This document shows, one piece after another, positions 61,642 through 64,000 of a stretch of DNA of 64,000 bases; position 1 is the first letter of the stretch, and each line of letters opens with the position of its first letter. The translations under genes and the position numbers were made by a program. Under the pieces are notes generated by a model. The model had not been told where the DNA came from and ran no database searches. It saw nothing but the letters and a program-made list of their open reading frames with translations. The DNA is from Camelus ferus (taxonomy: Eukaryota), in assembly GCF_009834535.1 (NCBI RefSeq), contig NC_045707.1:53880001-53944000 (forward strand), read 5' to 3'.

Positions 61642-64000
61642 TACAGTTTACATTTAAAATGATGTAAACGGTCATTTCAGAATCCCTAAAGCTTTCACTG
61701 AAACAGAATATAGCTGTTTCTTTTAATATGTTTGATGTAAATGTGGTAATTTATTATTTGCTTGCTAATTACTATGCCAGATGCCATGAATGTTTTTACT
61801 CTGATTTGAGAATTGGATTTAATGTAGAGATTCATCTTCACAAGAGTGAAAGTAATTACAGTGAATCGACTTTATTTTCTAAAAAAGAAAAAAGAAAATT
61901 AAAATTATTTGTAAAAACAGAAATTATTTAACTTTTTAAAGTCATTACTGTTTAAAAATGCCCCGAACCGTTTTTATTAACTATATGCATAAATATTTCA
62001 ACCCTTTTATTAACTTCGGTATACACATTAACAATATAATGGAAATCTAACAATTCAAAAAGCCTGAGACTTGGCACCAGTTAAATTCATGGTGATTTTA
62101 GCACTTATATCAATATAGTCTTTGATCCATGATTAACTAGCTGTGTAAAAATTATCTAACTGTTCAGTCACTGTGGTTAAATCGCCTTTTAAGATCAGAG
62201 AGATTTGATTTTGAGGAGAAGGGTTTTTAATTTCTGTATTTTTGCTTGAAAAAATGATTACTTTTGTTGAATTTTGTAATCAATATCAAAATTGTCTGGT
62301 TCCATTAACCTACCAATATAGTAGACTAGGGACTAGATTATTGATCTGTTGTATGCAAAATTCATGATCTGTCATCTATAATTGTGAACACACATTCCTT
62401 TGGTTCAAAGATTTTTATAATCCTCACTGTTTCATCACCTCTGATAGAAATAGCCTTCAAATAGCCTCATTTCTGTGTGCATCTGTCTTAACATGAGTGT
62501 GAGACCATTCAAAGCAGGGTCTTTGTCCACTAGTTAACCCTACCACTAAAAAACAAAACAAAAACTACATAAACTAAAATGCTAAAAGACAAAATTTTGT
62601 TGATTATTATGCACCCATTAAAGGTAATTTTTATTACTCAGCTATGGTTTGAATTATAGTCAGCAATTGAACATTTGATTAAAAACTTGCCTTCTGTAAC
62701 TTGAGATCTGTTAGCTCCATTTCTAGCTAATCTGTAGTAGCAAAACTACATTCAAAGTATAAACATTTCTTATGCTTATTCTAATTTATAACTTGGAACT
62801 AACAGTAGTTATAGTTGAGTATTTATTTATTTTGCATATTCACTATGCAATAGACAGTTTCAATATATGGTATATGTTATATGATATATGACATGGTATA
62901 TTACATATATTGTATATTAGCTATAATATAATAATCAGTAATAAATTATATAAATACACTTGTTTGTGATTATATATATTAAGTTCAGTATTCACAAGCT
63001 ATGCTGGTTGTCCCTGTTTTACAAAATAATACACAAGTTCTTAGAGAGGCTTTGTAGATTGACTAAATTATAAGTGACAGAACAAGGATTTGAACCAACA
63101 TGTGTCCAACTTGAAAGCTCTTATTCTTTATGATGTATGATTCACAAGTAAGGTTTGCTTCCTTGGTATTTGGGCCCTGTTATCTTCCCTTGGACATTGA
63201 TCTTTCTAGTCACCTACAGGGTGCTTGGGATTCCTGAGAGATATGGCATAGTATTTATTATTAGGTAGAACTTTTGGGACAACAGATTGTTGGAGAAAAA
63301 AGAGAAGTTTTGCTACTTTGATCCTCCCATCAAATGCTCCAGGGCAGCGGTGATATGTAGAACTCCACTTCATCCAAAAAGTGTAGTTATGGAAGGAGGA
63401 TAAATAGCAAAATTATGTACATAGTGACAGATTCTTATGTACGTTTACAAAATTAAGAAAGTATGTGGGGTGAGATATCAAGACATCTGTTCTGAAGCTA
63501 AGTAAAGTAAATGCTAGCAGCTGGACAAAAAGTAAGTCAAATAGTCCCTGACTCTGTTAGAATAACATTTTCAAAGTATCTTCCCTGAAGTGTGTATTTT
63601 TAAGCTGATGATTATTTGACTGACAAACGTTCAGTTTAGTTTTGTGTGCACACCACCTGAGTCACAGGCGAGAGAAATAAAATGTCTACTTCTGTTATTT
63701 TAAACCCCGTAGGAAACCATTTCCACACTGGAGAGAAAGTAATCCATTATTTGCCCAGGAAAAACAATCAGATCATTTTCAAGCAAAATGCAGTTTGCTT
63801 TCCATTTACTGTATCTCAACGTTCTGACTGTAAACACATTAATATAATTCTGACTTTCAAGGAAGAAGCCTCCCGACTATTTATAATAGCCAATAAATAT
63901 ATCTGGTGAGATAGAAAAAAATGAGTAGAATATAAATATCCTCAGAGCACTTATACCAATATTCATTCCATATAAAGTCATTTCCCCTTGGTGACATTTT

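Noticed and set aside
1..64000. Short ORFs (60-135 aa) in the six-frame track as host genes
   Set aside because: They have no recognisable domains, many use non-ATG starts, their composition is low-complexity, and many fall in repeats. Only the L1-derived ones match known proteins.

Overview
AT-rich, repeat-rich mammalian genomic DNA, most likely a camelid (alpaca, llama or camel), because it carries a Vic-1-type tRNA-derived SINE and cetartiodactyl-type L1 and MER41-like elements. I found no recognisable host protein-coding exon, rRNA, tRNA or CRISPR, so the window looks intergenic or deep-intronic. It holds layered transposable elements: ancient L2, MIR, HAL1, MER5, MER20, MER63, MER103, MLT1, LTR16, LTR33 and MER21, plus younger L1s, ERV LTRs and one SINE. 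The main observation is a 3.6-kb L1-derived element (55473-59108) with a complete CpG-rich 5'UTR, a perfect 13-bp TSD and an A-tail. It lacks ORF1, the endonuclease region and the RT catalytic core, so it is a candidate non-autonomous L1 family member. Also notable are an L1 with a probable 3' transduction, a twin-primed 5'-inverted L1, a truncated ERVL provirus, and several candidate regulatory sites or non-coding exons. Repeat family names come from recalled consensus sequences, not database searches, and boundaries of old repeats are approximate.
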